A stretch of DNA of 64,000 nt from Pecten maximus (Eukaryota), in the NCBI RefSeq assembly GCF_902652985.1, contig NC_047029.1:30938001-31002000 (forward strand), read 5' to 3'. Below the pieces are notes generated by a model. It ran no database searches, was not told the origin of the DNA, and saw only the letters and a program-made list of their open reading frames with translations. Positions 22,919 through 36,135 of the stretch are shown piece after piece. Within the stretch, counting starts at the first letter, position 1. Every line of letters begins with the position of its first letter. The translations under genes and the position numbers were made by a program.

Positions 22919-25900
22919 ATGCGGATCCTTCTTTGGGCAAACAGGAACATTGTTCCATGTTTGAAGCGTACGGTAGGCCCCGTCAATGGGTTGTTTAAGT
23001 CAAATGTACCGGCGGCTAGTCTGACGTCCATCTCCGACCCAGAATACGCCAGCCGGAGAAAAAGTCGAATGGCACCATATTCATATGAAACGAAACCATT
23101 ACGATATCCTCAGATCTTCACAAATAAAACAGTCAATCGATTAGATGAAAACTCCAAGCTCATAGTTATTGAAGGAAATGTTGGAGTCGAGAAAGAAGAA
23201 TTTGGGAGAAAAGTTGCCGAGGAGTTTGGGATGAAATTCATACCAGAATTCACAGAAGAAGAATATTTTATAAAAGGTCAGGGGTATGACATTAGACAAA
23301 CAAATGAACAAGTTTCAGACAAGGTGAAATTCTGGGATATGGAAATGCTGTATACTAGCAAGAATCCTAAGGATGCCCGCCATTTTCTTAGAACACAACT
23401 AGAACTATACCAGGAGAAATTTGAAAGGTACAGAGAGGCAGTGAGCCACATATGGAATACAGGTAATAATACACAGCAACATGTTAGAATAAAATTGAAT
23501 TGTTCAGTTCTTACAGAGTACCAGTTCTCGTCACAACATGTGCATGCCGTCAAAATATATACTAGGATATATTGAATGGTTTCCCGTTTAATATAACATA
23601 TTGCATTTCATAAACTTAAAAACAAAATTAAAAACATCAAAAAATGAATAGTGTCAAAAAGTGCGGGAATCAGTAATGACGTCATCTCTTTGTGACGTTA
23701 CTTCACATCAACTTGACGGCACCATTTTGAAAGGACTGATCAACGCAATTTAAGCGTTTTCCGCTGTTATGGGAGAATCTGTGTATGAATAGCTAACGTC
23801 AAGTGAGTAATTTGTCAAAAACTAGTCTGAATATTTTAGAAATACAGCAAAATAACCAATTAATCTATCTCCCCTTCGATTGGAAAAATCAAGTTTCAAC
23901 GAGGTGAATACAAAGGTCCGCTCTGATTGGTCAAAAACGGAAAACATATATTTTCACTGCAAAACTTATATTTTCACTGCAAAATCTTATATTTTCACTG
24001 CTCATCGCTGCAGTGAAAATACAAGTTTTATTAGTTTGATAAATTTCTATATTTCACTGGCAAAAATGCAATAAGGTGTTTATCACACTCTTCAGTCAAA
24101 CTCCGATTATGATATAATATTCTCTATGTTAAAAAGAGAATATTATATAATAATCAGTCTTTGACTTATGAGTGTGCTTACCACCTATGATCAAAATTTC
24201 ATCTGTTGATCAGAAAACTCTTTGAAGAACATCAGCTCTTCTACAAATTATGTTTATGTTTGGGACACAACGGTGTATCCTGTTTTTTCTGATGTCATTT
24301 TGTTTGCAAGGAATACTATAACAAAAAAATTACTTGAAGCCATGGCAGTAAATAACGTTTTAGTTAAATTTTTCACCTTGGCCAAAAGCCCTAGTCACTT
24401 GTTCAATTTGTATATTAGGGCTTTTGGTTTATATTGCAGTCACACTAATAGGCTAGTAGAGAAATGGTATTATTTTCACTGAAATACTTTAAACTTCACT
24501 GAAAAGGCCATTTATTTTTATCTTTATATATGTTCTTCCTCTCGTAAGTCTAGTTCACCTAAAGTCTGTGAAAACAAGGTAAATAATCAATATCCCTTGC
24601 TTTTTGCACATGTAATGGTTAAATATTATGCGCAGCTTGTCGTAACTTTTGTATTGTTTATCATTAATTTCTTTGTATTTTACCAGGTCAAGGCGTGGTG
24701 ATGATCAGAAGTGTTTTCAGTGACCTTGTTTTTGCAAAAGCACTGAGGAAGAGTGGAGTTTTTACTGCTAAAGGTGATTACATGTCTTATGTGGGAATTG
24801 TTGTCAAATTCTTCCTCCTAAAATATGAATATAAATTTCCCATCCTAAACAAGTAAAAAAAAAACTAGACCTGCACCCCATGATGATGTCAATACTGTTT
24901 GACTTCAGATTTTGTGTGCTTCTTTTGTAATTTGACATCAACATTTTTTAGTAACAATTTAGTTTTTCAAGAAATTTTAAAACAAAGTCTGCTTTTATCT
25001 CTTTTCTTGTCACTTACTCCATACACAATTATGTGATTTGATTGCAGGCTTCCAGCATTACTCGCGTGTGTACTACAATACACAGGTTGAGCTTATCAGT
25101 CCACATCTCTTTATATACCTGGACGCACCCACTCAGTACTGCATGGAACAGATCAAGAAAAGAGGACGGGTATTTATATACGATGCATGGTTTTCTGTAG
25201 ATTTCAAATTGTTTGTTTACCCGTAGGCCAGAAGGATTGGTGATATGATGTCATCCAATACATATTAAACTGAAAATAAACTTCCAGGCAAGCTGATAGT
25301 TAAGATGAGTTTATCAAAATCGTAAGAGCAGTGTCTATAGTAGCAGGATGTTTTCTGGCAGGCTTTCTGGCTGATCATGGGCCCTAGGTCATTCCTAATA
25401 ATTCATGAGTGTGTATTTTAGATTCAAGCCAATTTTTCAAAATTTGCATTTTACTCAAAATAATTTCCTTCCCACCAAGTTTCTACCTAAAATGACAATC
25501 TCAACCAAAACTACTGAATAACGTCCTAATTAGAGGCAAATTTACATCATATTGAATACATCTTTGAACTCTGTTGATAGAATGACTTAACCTCCATGAA
25601 CTCTGCCTATAGGCTGATGTGACCAAAATACTTTCAGTCATCCTTTTTTGAAATATCAAAATTCATATGATGGCAAACATCAAGTACTAGCATATCTGCA
25701 CATTGCACTATTGTAGATGGTTTTTAATTGTATTTCTGGTATTTTCAGCCATGGGAAGTGAACAGCACCATTCTGACAGAAAAGTTCCTAGGTGACATAG
25801 AGAATGTCTACCAATCTGATATCTTCCCTCAATTCAAGTAAGTCCTGTCCTCAGACTATTGTATTTAAATATAAGTATATGTCCCTTCTGCTAGCCTGCC

Positions 25901-28900
25901 TTTAAAGCATTGTTTGAAAACATTTTGGATTTAGGGAATATTCTGATGATAAGGAATCTGCAGACTGTGCTATAATGATCAAAGTTCAGTTACAAAGTGC
26001 ATTGATTTTTGGTACTCAGATATTTGAGTCTTGGACTCTCCGAATTGGGTTTTCCTGAGGGACCCACTCAAAAAGTTAGTATCCAAACCAAAGCCTATTA
26101 TTATATCTCATAGCATTGGAACTAGTCAAAATTTAGAAATGATGATGTTCTGGACTTGCCTGTTGTTTTGATGTTAAAATGTTACATATTTTATATTTCA
26201 CATTCAAATAACAAGATATAAAGTGATTTGTCCTATATTTACAGGGACCTGTCAGAAATAAAGACTTACGACATGACCAGTCCACTGGACTTTGAGCTGG
26301 TGAGTAGAATGCTAATACCAATTTGAAATTTAAACACTTTTGTTGGCACGGATAGATGTTCACAGGAGGGTAGGGTGTGGGTCCTGCTCTGGGAAGAAAC
26401 CAGAGTACGCAGAGGAAACTTGCATTTTCAGACAGGTGACCTCCATGTGTCTATGACCGCATACCTTTCCACTTCCGATCTGGAAATCTTGCCCTAATTG
26501 CCTTGCGCCCTTGTGTAAAAAATTAGTACTAAAAGCTTAAGGAGGGCTTATTTGTCAACCACTTTAAAATGTAATATTCTTTTAAGAATTGATGATTTTG
26601 CAGAAATGAAGAAAGAGGTCAGGGATTTACCTCACATTTTAAAACGGGAGTCCTTGGGACTGCCAGCCAAAAAATTTGAGGGTCCATGAAGAAAAATTTG
26701 GAGTCCACATATTTCACATTGCTGTTTTTGCTAATAACTCTGCTAAATATAAGTCAGCCTAGCATATCAATGCCATCCTGAATCATAATTAAATGCTTGA
26801 TGAAATTAATATTTTCAATGCCTAATTGTTGAACTATTATCCATTATGTAACTTGTATGTCTGGTTCCTGTTTGATATGAAAATGAAATAAGTATTTAAT
26901 TTAAGTTTCAATAATATACTTAATATATATTATTACATGCAGGTAGATAGGATTATTTTTATTAAGTATGCATTATGAGATCATTGATAATCACATGCTC
27001 TATTGTACTATACAAAATATGATTCATTTGGTGGTTAAATTATGTTACTGCAGATTCTAATTGGAATAAATGTTATTCTTTTTTATTCTTTTTCTCCAAG
27101 TGTTTTGAAATGTCTTTTCAAGTACCTTGAGAACTGTTTCAATAGTAAAACTATACAGTTCACTTTTTTAAACCAATGATCATAAAATATAATACATGGT
27201 GGAATCCATTTCAGAATTTTAAATATTCATTAAAATTAATATGTACAGTGCAGGTTATTTATTTTTTTCAATAATATCTAGATCTGAAATATCATTAATG
27301 ATTTTAAATCATATTGTTTTGCTTCCCCCTAGATATACCATGTCTGCTAACTGTAGTTAAATTGGTACAATTCCTTTATCATCAATCAAAATTTGAGAAA
27401 GTCCTATCTCTTATCAGAGTTATCTCCCCTGGGGAAAATAGGTAGTCAGAACCCTTTTCAGCATCATGCAATTTTTCTTTCATGGATTTTGCATTAATTT
27501 CTTCCAGGTGCCTTTGTCATTTGTCTTGCACTTGATTAAAAAGTTTTGCCAACAATTTACCAAGATATAATCACAACTTTCAGCTGAGGATTTTGCTAAA
27601 TATAAGATAAAAAGATCGTTTTTTGAAGGTCTCTGTGAAATAATTATCATGATGTATTTCTCAGACTTTCACTCTGTACTTTAATCACTCCTAGGATCAT
27701 TGTCATTCAAATTGTACAGTATCTTGTGGTACAGCCGAGCCCTTAATTTCTAACACAAATGATGTGCAGAGTTCAAGTGTACTAGATCCACGTGTGTTTG
27801 TGTTTATGTTAGTAATTCAATACTCAACCCACCCCCACCCCCCCCCCCCCCTATAAGCCCCTATTGAAACGGAAATTGCACTTGTTGCTATAAATAGAAA
27901 CAGGTATTTCCAAACAGTCGATGTATATTTTATTTATCAAGATCGTTCCAATTTGTCAATGTTAAATGCAAATATAGCATGGATCCAACAAAGACATTGT
28001 ATCATGGAAGAAACCAGTATGAATAAGTGCGTCCCATGGGATGCAGGGGTATCCTATATGAGAGTCCCATGCCATATTTTGGGAGTAATATACGCAGGAA
28101 TTTGTGTCTGGTAAATCCCTGAGAGGTCTGTTTGTGGTTAGGAGCATATTTGTGGTTAGGAGCATATTTGTGGTTAGGAGCTTATTTGGGTTTGGGAGCT
28201 TATTTGGGGTTAGGAGCTTATTTGGGGTTAGGAGCTTATTTGTGGTTAGGAGCTTATTTGTGGTTAGGAGCTTATTTGTGATTAGGAGCTTATTTGGGGT
28301 TAGGAACATATTTGTGGTTTGGAGCTTATGTAGGGTTAGGAGCTTATTTGGGTTTGGGAGCTTATTTGGGTTTGGGAGCTTATTTGGGGTTAGGAGCTTA
28401 TTTGGGGTTAGGAGCTTATTTGGGGTAAGGAGCTTATTTGTGATTAGGAGCTTATTTGGGGTTAGGAGCTTATTTGTGGTTAGGAGCTTATTTGTGATTA
28501 GGAGCTTATTTGTGAATAAATAGTCCTGGTGATCAATTGCTATATATACATACCCGCGGCAGTGACATCTGTAGACAACTAGGTTAAATGTTTTAGTCCA
28601 CCACTATTGGGTATTTCCCTGAAGGTATTTTATGTTAGTTCCACTTGGTGGTAAATTTTATATGAGGTGGATATTAATTTTCATCAGGCGCCTACAGTTT
28701 AAATGATTCGCAAACAGCCTTAATTTAAACCTGCGTTGGGATGGGGAAGGTGGGAATCTGATGAAACAATTTTGAAAGATGTCTCGACTTTCTACGGTTC
28801 GGTCTCGTTGATACACTTTGTTTCAGAGTAGTCTAAATCTAACATTGTTAGAGAATCACACGGCATGAAACTAACACTTGTCACAGTCAACACAACATCA

Positions 28901-31900
28901 GATAAATCGGCTGACCAACCACTGTGACCTTTGATATACATTGAAAAAACTATTTCATTATGTCAGCCCACTCAGCGAGAAAAAGAACTAATAGGTGCTT
29001 TTATTAAACATTGTTCTTGTCATGTCCTCATTTGTTTTAGGAAAACTTCTTTAATGTGAATGTTTGCTTTTTGTTTAGATTTTTGAAGATCTGAATGAGA
29101 CCAGTTTGGATGGGCCAAGGGTGAATGAGGACACTAAGTTCATTGAATGGGAACCACCACTTGGTATTGACATGAACCTCATTAGATACCAGTGAGTAGA
29201 TTTAAAGGATTCTGATAACTAAGCTTAACCTTATTCCGACTTAAAATTCATAAAATGCGAAAACAAATATAGCCAAAATGAAGAGGCAAAAGTAAGATTA
29301 AAAGCATTTTGCACAACAATAGAGTAATAGTGTGATTAAGAGGCTATTTTTGGCGTTAGATTTAGAAGTTCCATATACATGTAATTCAGTTTTTAAGGTC
29401 ATCTGCCTGAAGGGCAAGTAAGCTTATGTCGTAGTGCTTCGTCTGGTCATCTGGCAAGACAGTCAGTGTCCATTTTTGACTGTGAATTTGTTCGCTTGAA
29501 CATTAGAAACTATTGAAAACTGCATCAAAAATCGCCTTCTCTGTCGCGAGATATAACCTATCAAAACTGACTATTTTTACCTGTCAGTAGCCAATCAGCT
29601 CTGGGGCTGTTTGTTGCTATAATGAGATTCTGCGCAGTGATGTCACAAGTGTGAGAGTCACCTAAAGCCAGTATGGTGAGAGTAGGCCTAACCCCACTTA
29701 TAAACACAGCTTTCTGTAGTTTTAGTATGAATACTAGAAGTTGAAAATGACTAAAGTTGTTTTGTGTTAAATCAGAGAAAACTTATGTAAATATTGTTCA
29801 GGATATTTCCTTATTAGGGATAAAGCTTAACTAGGCCTAGAACATCCAAGTAATTATCTGATATTTCCTTATTAGGGATAAAGCTTAACTAGGCCTAGAA
29901 CATCCAAGTAATTATCTGATATTTCCTTATTAGGGATAAAGACTAACTAGGCCTAGAACATCCTCCTTGTTAGGGATAAAGCCTAACTAGGCCTAGAACA
30001 TCCTCCTTGTTAGGGATAAAGCCTAACTAGGCCTAGAACATCCAAGTAATAATCTGATATTTCTATTTTGTGTAGTCGACCTACATGTATATCACAGTAA
30101 TAAATATATTTTCCGTGTAGATATTTTGGTGATTTTAGAGTAGGAGAACATGTAGTCTTATGTGATAACATATGTGAGAAGCATATAGATCATTGCTATT
30201 TTTTCATTTTATTTACACAAATTTCATCCATATTCTACACAATTTACATCGCGGTACAACCTGACATACTCCCAATATTGTCTCTTCAGTATAACACATA
30301 CCAGTTGTTCAATGCCTTATACTCTTTTGTTAAGATACTGTGATATCGCTCAGTATTACACGGTTATATTTTATCTCATGCTTCATCTGTGTCATTTATT
30401 TATACACAATGCGATGAATGCCACCTGTGACGTCACAGCTAGATATGTCACTAACTAGGAAAAATGACATTCGTGTACAGGTGTACATTCCACAAAATCG
30501 TGCATATCTCTATAATGATACAATATTTTCACATTACACTTTATTTCTTCACAATACTTTATTTTACAACTTTATCTAACAACCAGTAACCATAACAAAA
30601 ATTATTCAGTGTTCACTTTAAGAAGCCCATTTCTTTAACAAACCTTAGATTTGATCAAATTAAACTTTAATTGAACTTTGTTAAGATAGACAATATCCAT
30701 AGGACACCTGAGAGCATTTCCTTTCATTGTCCCTAAAAAAGAGATTGGCTCGGACCCCAGACTCCCACAATTGCTTAGATTGACGATCCACAAATCAATA
30801 TTTGGCCAAAGGCATATATCCGAAAAAATTCCCTTATCAGAGCTCGGTTTCTTAACATTCCTTAACTTGAGGGAACACTTTAGATTAAAATTTTCCATAA
30901 AAAAGCGTTACAGAATTTATGGAAAAAATCTTATTTGAGGGACCCTTTTTAAAATTTTGTAATGTTTTCCTATAGAGAAATTTAACTTACTTTAACTCAC
31001 TTTAACTGGTGCTATCTGCTGCAGTTGGCACCTGTTTATCACCTCTAAGGCTAGTTATCTGCTCCTGATTCCTGGGGAAAATCCATAAAATTTGAGTTTG
31101 GAAATTTTGATTTTGAAAGTGAAATGCATAATGGTGTGGTAATTATTATACCCCCGCAACGAAGTTAGGGGGTATACTGGAATCAGGTTGTCTGTCCGTC
31201 CGTCCGTCTGTAGACATGTTTTGTCCGGACAACTCCTCCTAAACTGATGGGCCGATTCCAATGAAACTTCACACACATATTAATGATCATGTGTAGATGT
31301 GCATGCCACTTTCTTTTTCTAAAGATTATGGTTGCTGTGGCAACTGGTCACTATAAACAGGTTTTCTGATAAGAACCATAACTTTAAGTTTGTCCGGACA
31401 ACTCCTCCTAAACCGAAGGGCCGATTTCAATGAAACTTCACACAAATATAGAGGACCATGTGTAGAAGTGCATGCCACTTTCTTTTTCTCCAAATTATGG
31501 TTGCTATAGCAACTGGTCACTATAAACAGGTTTTCCGATAAGAACCATAACTTTAAGTTTGTCCGGACAGCTCCTCCTAAACCGAAGGGCCGATTTCAAT
31601 GAAACTTCACACAAATATAGAGGACCATGTGTAGAAGTGCATGCCACTTTCTTTTTCTCCAAATTATGGTTGCTATGGCAACTGGTCACTATAAACAGGT
31701 TTTCCGATAAGAACCATAACTTTAAGTTTGTCCGGACAACTCCTCCTAAATCGAAGGGCCGATTTCAATGACACTTCACACAAATATAGAGGACCATGTG
31801 TAGAAGTGCATGCCACTTTCTTTTTCCCAAATTATGGTTGCTATGGCAACTGGTCACTATATTACTGGGTTATCTTAGTTAGCCTCTAATTAAGAGTTCC

Positions 31901-34851
31901 AATTCACCATTGACTCGTGCAGATTGCGGGGGTATTAGTCAGCCATCCTGGCGACAGTTCTAGTTACTTCTGTTTTTTAATTATGTATGGATGCTCTGTA
32001 CCAGTTTTGTTTTCATTTAAAGGTATGGGAAGAATTATAACTGGAACTGGAACAAAATATTCGAGGAAATTAATACGCCAGAAGATATAGATGAATTAAA
32101 TTATGATTCAAATGAAGTTGAAGAAGTAGAGACTATTTTGATGGAGGTAAGTATAAACAGTTATCCCTTGAGATATTGCCATTGTATGGTAAATGTGTCC
32201 ATTGAAATGCCAGACTGGCATACTGCCATTTACCATGATGTTTTGAGAACTAATGTGCAGATACCATCCCTTTGTGGACCTCGAATAACAGAAATTACCT
32301 GTGATTGGGTCGGTGGCTCTCTGATAACAGAAATTACCTGTGATTGGGTCGGTGGCTAAGTCACTTCACAGCTGACAGATTCCTGGGAGGAGGCCTTTCA
32401 AATTTACGAGTACAACCTGCTCAGCTTTGATTGTGACATGGCTTCTCTATGAGAAAGAATTATGTGTTGTATTAACAGTGTAACCCTGGTAAATACTATC
32501 TGCAATATACTGCTCGGCTAGAGAGATCTTCTCTTTAGCATGATCTGTTGAGCGTAAGACTAGTAAGCCAGTGGTACGAGGTTCAATCCCTAGTGGAGGC
32601 CATGATTTAAAATTAATTAATCATTCACTCTGTTTAAAAATATTTTGGAGAAACGGTTCTGTATAGTTCTTTAATGTAAATCGGTAATATGGACAAATGA
32701 ACATGTACCATTGCATTTATGATAATTATCCCGCAGTGAAAAATTAAATTGTTGTTAGAACCAGCCCAAATACTGTGTCTTACAGCATGACATTTCCAGT
32801 ATAACATTTCATCTCTATCTTGTTTAATAGGGCTATAACTTTTTTCACAAGATTTAATGAAATTTGATTATATGTGGCGATCACTTCATTAGTCTGTTAA
32901 AATAGCATGAATTACTTTACACACTCACTAAACATTGACCCAAAATATTGGCATCAATTAATTAAAGTGGTTTTTGAACTTGACATATTTTATTAATTAT
33001 ATACAATGTAGGATATCACAAATGTATTTGGGAAAAAAATCGAAAACCCATCACTTATCGGACAGAGGGTGGCAGTATATCCAGGTTAAACTGTACTTGA
33101 TTAACTGTAAAACCTGGCGTATGTGACCTTCCAAGGCAGACAATAGATAGGTCACATATGACAGGAGGTCTCTAAATTCAGGTATAGGTAACTAGTATAG
33201 TAAATAACATTGGGCTGGGAAAATAAGGTTTAATACAGAGGTCAATTAGTACAGGTGGTCACTAAACCAGGTATTCATGTATACATGTTCTTGTCAAACT
33301 TTTATCAACAAGAAATTTAAACAATTTCATAATAGAAAATATCAGACAGCATTAAAGTCAGGATCCATGGTCTATAATATATACAACAATTTCAGAATGT
33401 TTTATCAGGGGAAAAATGTTTTGTTTACCTCAATGCATCCACTGAAAAAATCACTGAAATGGAGGAAAACAACAAATATAACATACTCAGTTAAGTATTT
33501 TGGTTTTGGAATCATAACCGAGCTTACCAAAGAGTTTTAGAATTGGGGTTAATTATTAGTTCCCTAAACTGGGGGAACTATAGGTTTCCTCTCTGTCTGT
33601 CTTGTATGTATAAACATACATAACACCAAAGTTTGTCAGTACTCTAGCCTCTCTGTCTGACACCAAAGTTTGTCAGTACTCTAGCCTCTCTGTCTGTCTT
33701 GTATGTATAAACATACATACACCAAAGTTTGTCAGTACTCTAGCCTCTCTGTCTGTCTTGTATGTATAAACATACATACCCAAAGTTTGTCAGTACTCTA
33801 GCCTCTCTGTCTGTCTTGTATGTATAAACATACATACACCAAAGTTTGTCAACGATCTAGCCTCTCTGTCTGTCTTGTATGTATAAACATACATACACCA
33901 AAGTTTGTCAGTACTCTAGCCTCTCTGTCTGACACCAAAGTTTGTCAGCGATCTAGCCTCTCTGTCTGACACCAAAGTTTGTCATTACTCTAGCCTCTCT
34001 GTCTGTCTTGTATGTATAAACATACATAACACCAAACCAAAGTTTGTCAGTACTCTAGCCTCTCTGTCTGTCTTGTATGTATAAACATACATAACACCAA
34101 AGTTTGTCAACGATCTAGCCTCTCTGTCTGTCTTGTATGTATAAACATACATACACCAAAGTTTGTCAGTACTCTAGCCTCTCTGTCTGTCTTGTATGTA
34201 TAAACATACATACACCAAAGTTTGTCAGTACTCTAGCCTCTCTGTCTGTCTTGTATGTATAAACATACATAACACCAAAGTTTGTCAGCGATCTAGCCTC
34301 TCTGTCTGACACCAAAGTTTGTCAGCGATCTAGCCTCTCTGTCTGTCTTGTATGTATAAACATACATAACACCAAAGTTTGTCAGCGCTCTAGCCTCTCT
34401 GTCTGACACCAAAGTTTGTCAGCACTCTAGCAGCTTCATTCATTGATTTCGATCAAGCTCAACACAATGATGAAAGACCATAATATCTCGAGTTTCAGAG
34501 ATTTGGGGTCAAGGTCACTGTAACTAATTTTAGCAGGGGCCGGTTCAGGATATGTATCCAATACCCAGTATGGTTGATGTTATTTTGTGTTATTTTAAAC
34601 ATTACATATCAACTTATTAGAATATATATGATATTAACAAGTCATTTTCCTTTTAATAGTAATCTGATCCTTATCATTCAAAGGGAAATCACAGAAATCA
34701 ATGATAAAGAAGATTAAAGTATTTGCATTGTTCAAACTATTATAAATATAAAATAACAAAAGCATCAACACATCCTTTTCTTATTCTTACATTTCAGCAC
34801 CCTGGACACAAGTATGAACAATACTACAATCCAGAAACTCAACGTTACTAA
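22919..34851 (+). CDS. NDUFA10: NADH dehydrogenase [ubiquinone] 1 alpha subcomplex subunit 10, mitochondrial (395 aa)
   Basis: Exons 22919-23462, 24687-24773, 25048-25169, 25749-25837, 26245-26299, 29079-29191, 32023-32146 and 34798-34851, all GT-AG and in phase. Motifs: basic presequence, RLDENSKLIVIEGNVG, HIWNTGQGVVMIRSVFSDLVF, PHLFIYLDAP, IKKRGRPWE, PGHKYEQYYNPE*. AATAAA at 34908 and 35083. Confidence 0.93.
23560..24075. mobile_element. MITE-like repeats in NDUFA10 intron 1
   Basis: Inverted copy of 16730-16960 at 23570-23810, followed by repeated TATATTTTCACTG motifs with a CAGTGAAAATA inverted partner. Confidence 0.6.
28131..28514. repeat. 18-bp minisatellite (GGAGCTTATTTGTGGTTA), ~21 copies
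   Basis: Direct periodicity; source of the repetitive ORFs 27962-28309 and 28104-28523. Confidence 0.95.
29801..30060. repeat. ~58/41-bp tandem repeat (TTAGGGATAAAGCTTAACTAGGCCTAGAACATCC core)
   Basis: Five copies of the core visible. Confidence 0.9.
31145..31966 (+). mobile_element. Pearl/CvA/HINE (Helentron-associated) non-autonomous element with 169-bp core repeats
   Basis: 5' ATACCCCCGC..GGGGGTAT subterminal inverted repeat, (GTCC)n microsatellite, ~3.8 cores of 169 bp (starts near 31222, 31391, 31560, 31729), 3' GCGGGGGTAT, short hairpin and TAGTT end. Confidence 0.85.
33553..34580 (+). mobile_element. HINE-like element whose 5' microsatellite region has expanded into a ~60/36-bp tandem array (33590-34432)
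   Basis: TAGTTCCC..GGGAACTA 5' hairpin followed by repeated CTCTCTGTCTGTCTTGTATGTATAAACATACATACACCAAAGTTTGTCAGTACTCTAGC. Confidence 0.7.
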
Positions 34852-35304
34852 TGTCGGGATTTAGTCAACATCTGTATCCGAGGTGAAAGGTCAGACAGTT
34901 CAAGGTCAATAAACATGAGAAAATGTCAACAAGGACAAGGTCGTAACCACAGTTTCTCAGACACTAACTGAACTGAAACTTCAGTAAATCTGATACTTTG
35001 ATAGTGCTGTGAAGAATACTGAATGGATGAATATATTTATGAGAGAACATTTTTGTGACATTTTGAATTAGAATTGGTTTGTAATAAATCTGGTACTGAT
35101 TCCCAAGTGTTGTTTTTTCTGTATTAAATTTTCATGTTGTGAAATATCTTGAATTATATATTTGTGGAAATCATTCACCTTCACAGGAAATCATATAATT
35201 TCACATGAGAAATACCAAAATTCAGTATCAAGCAGTTAGAATGGCACTTTTTTCTCAGTTGGGAATTATGCAACATCAGAATATGTGACTGTAAATGTAG
35301 GTAT

Positions 35305-36135
35305 TTATTAGCTCACCTGCCCGAAGGGCTGTGGTGCTACATCTGTTGTCCGGTGTCAACTTTGAACAACTTGTTCTCAAAAACCAAAAGGCACAGAGAC
35401 CTGATATCGGTCATGCTGTATGCTTGGGTGAAGGGCTAAGTTTTTTCAAATGAATGACCTTAACCAATGTGCAAAGTCACAGGTCAAATAGCCTAAAATG
35501 TTTTATAACAACTTTTCTAATAACCAAGAGGCCCATGGACATGATATTGGGCCTTTAGCATGTTGGGGTTAAGGGCTACCAAGTTTGTTCTAATGAATGA
35601 CCTTGACCCACATTCAAGGTCACAGGAGCCATACATGCTTAAATATTTGAACAACTTCTTAATGACGGAGAGGCCCAAGGACTTGATATTAGGCCTGTAC
35701 CAAGCTTATTTGAAGGTCTACCAAGTTTGTTCAAACGAATGTCCTAGACCAACTTTCAGGGTCATTGGGATAAAATAGGCTAAAATCTTGAAATTTCTTC
35801 TTCTCCATAACTAAGAGGCCCAGGGATTTAATATTGGGCCTGTAGCATGCTTGCATGAAGGGCGGTCAAGATTGTTTAAGTGAATGCCCTTGACCTACTT
35901 TTAAGGTCACAAGTGTCAAATACGCTCAAATCTTTAAACAACTTCTCAATAACCAAGTGGCCCAGGCACTTGATATTAGGTCTGTAGCATGCTTGGATGA
36001 AGGTTTACTTATTTTGTTCAAATTAATAACCTTGGCCTACATTCAAGGTCACAGGTGTCAAATATGTTAAAATCTTTTAAACAATAATTTCTGGATAGAG
36101 ACTCCCCAGACCTGATATTGTGCCAATAGTATGCT
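35305..36135 (+). mobile_element. HINE-like element with diverged ~145-bp satellite cores
   Basis: Starts TTATTAGCTCACCTG; repeated AATGACCTTGACC..AAGGTCACAGG..AACAACTTCT..AACCAAGAGGCCCAG..GATATTGGGCCTGTAGCATG; related fragments at 55300-55770. Confidence 0.75.

Noticed and set aside
27962-28523. Repetitive VRSLFG / TNKLL ORFs
   Set aside because: Translation of an 18-bp intronic minisatellite
32535-32602. tRNA-like sequence with GGTTCAATCCC B box (also 59320-59395 on the minus strand and the SINE heads)
   Set aside because: The A box and stems are degenerate and no clean cloverleaf forms; these are better explained as SINE heads or pseudo-tRNAs
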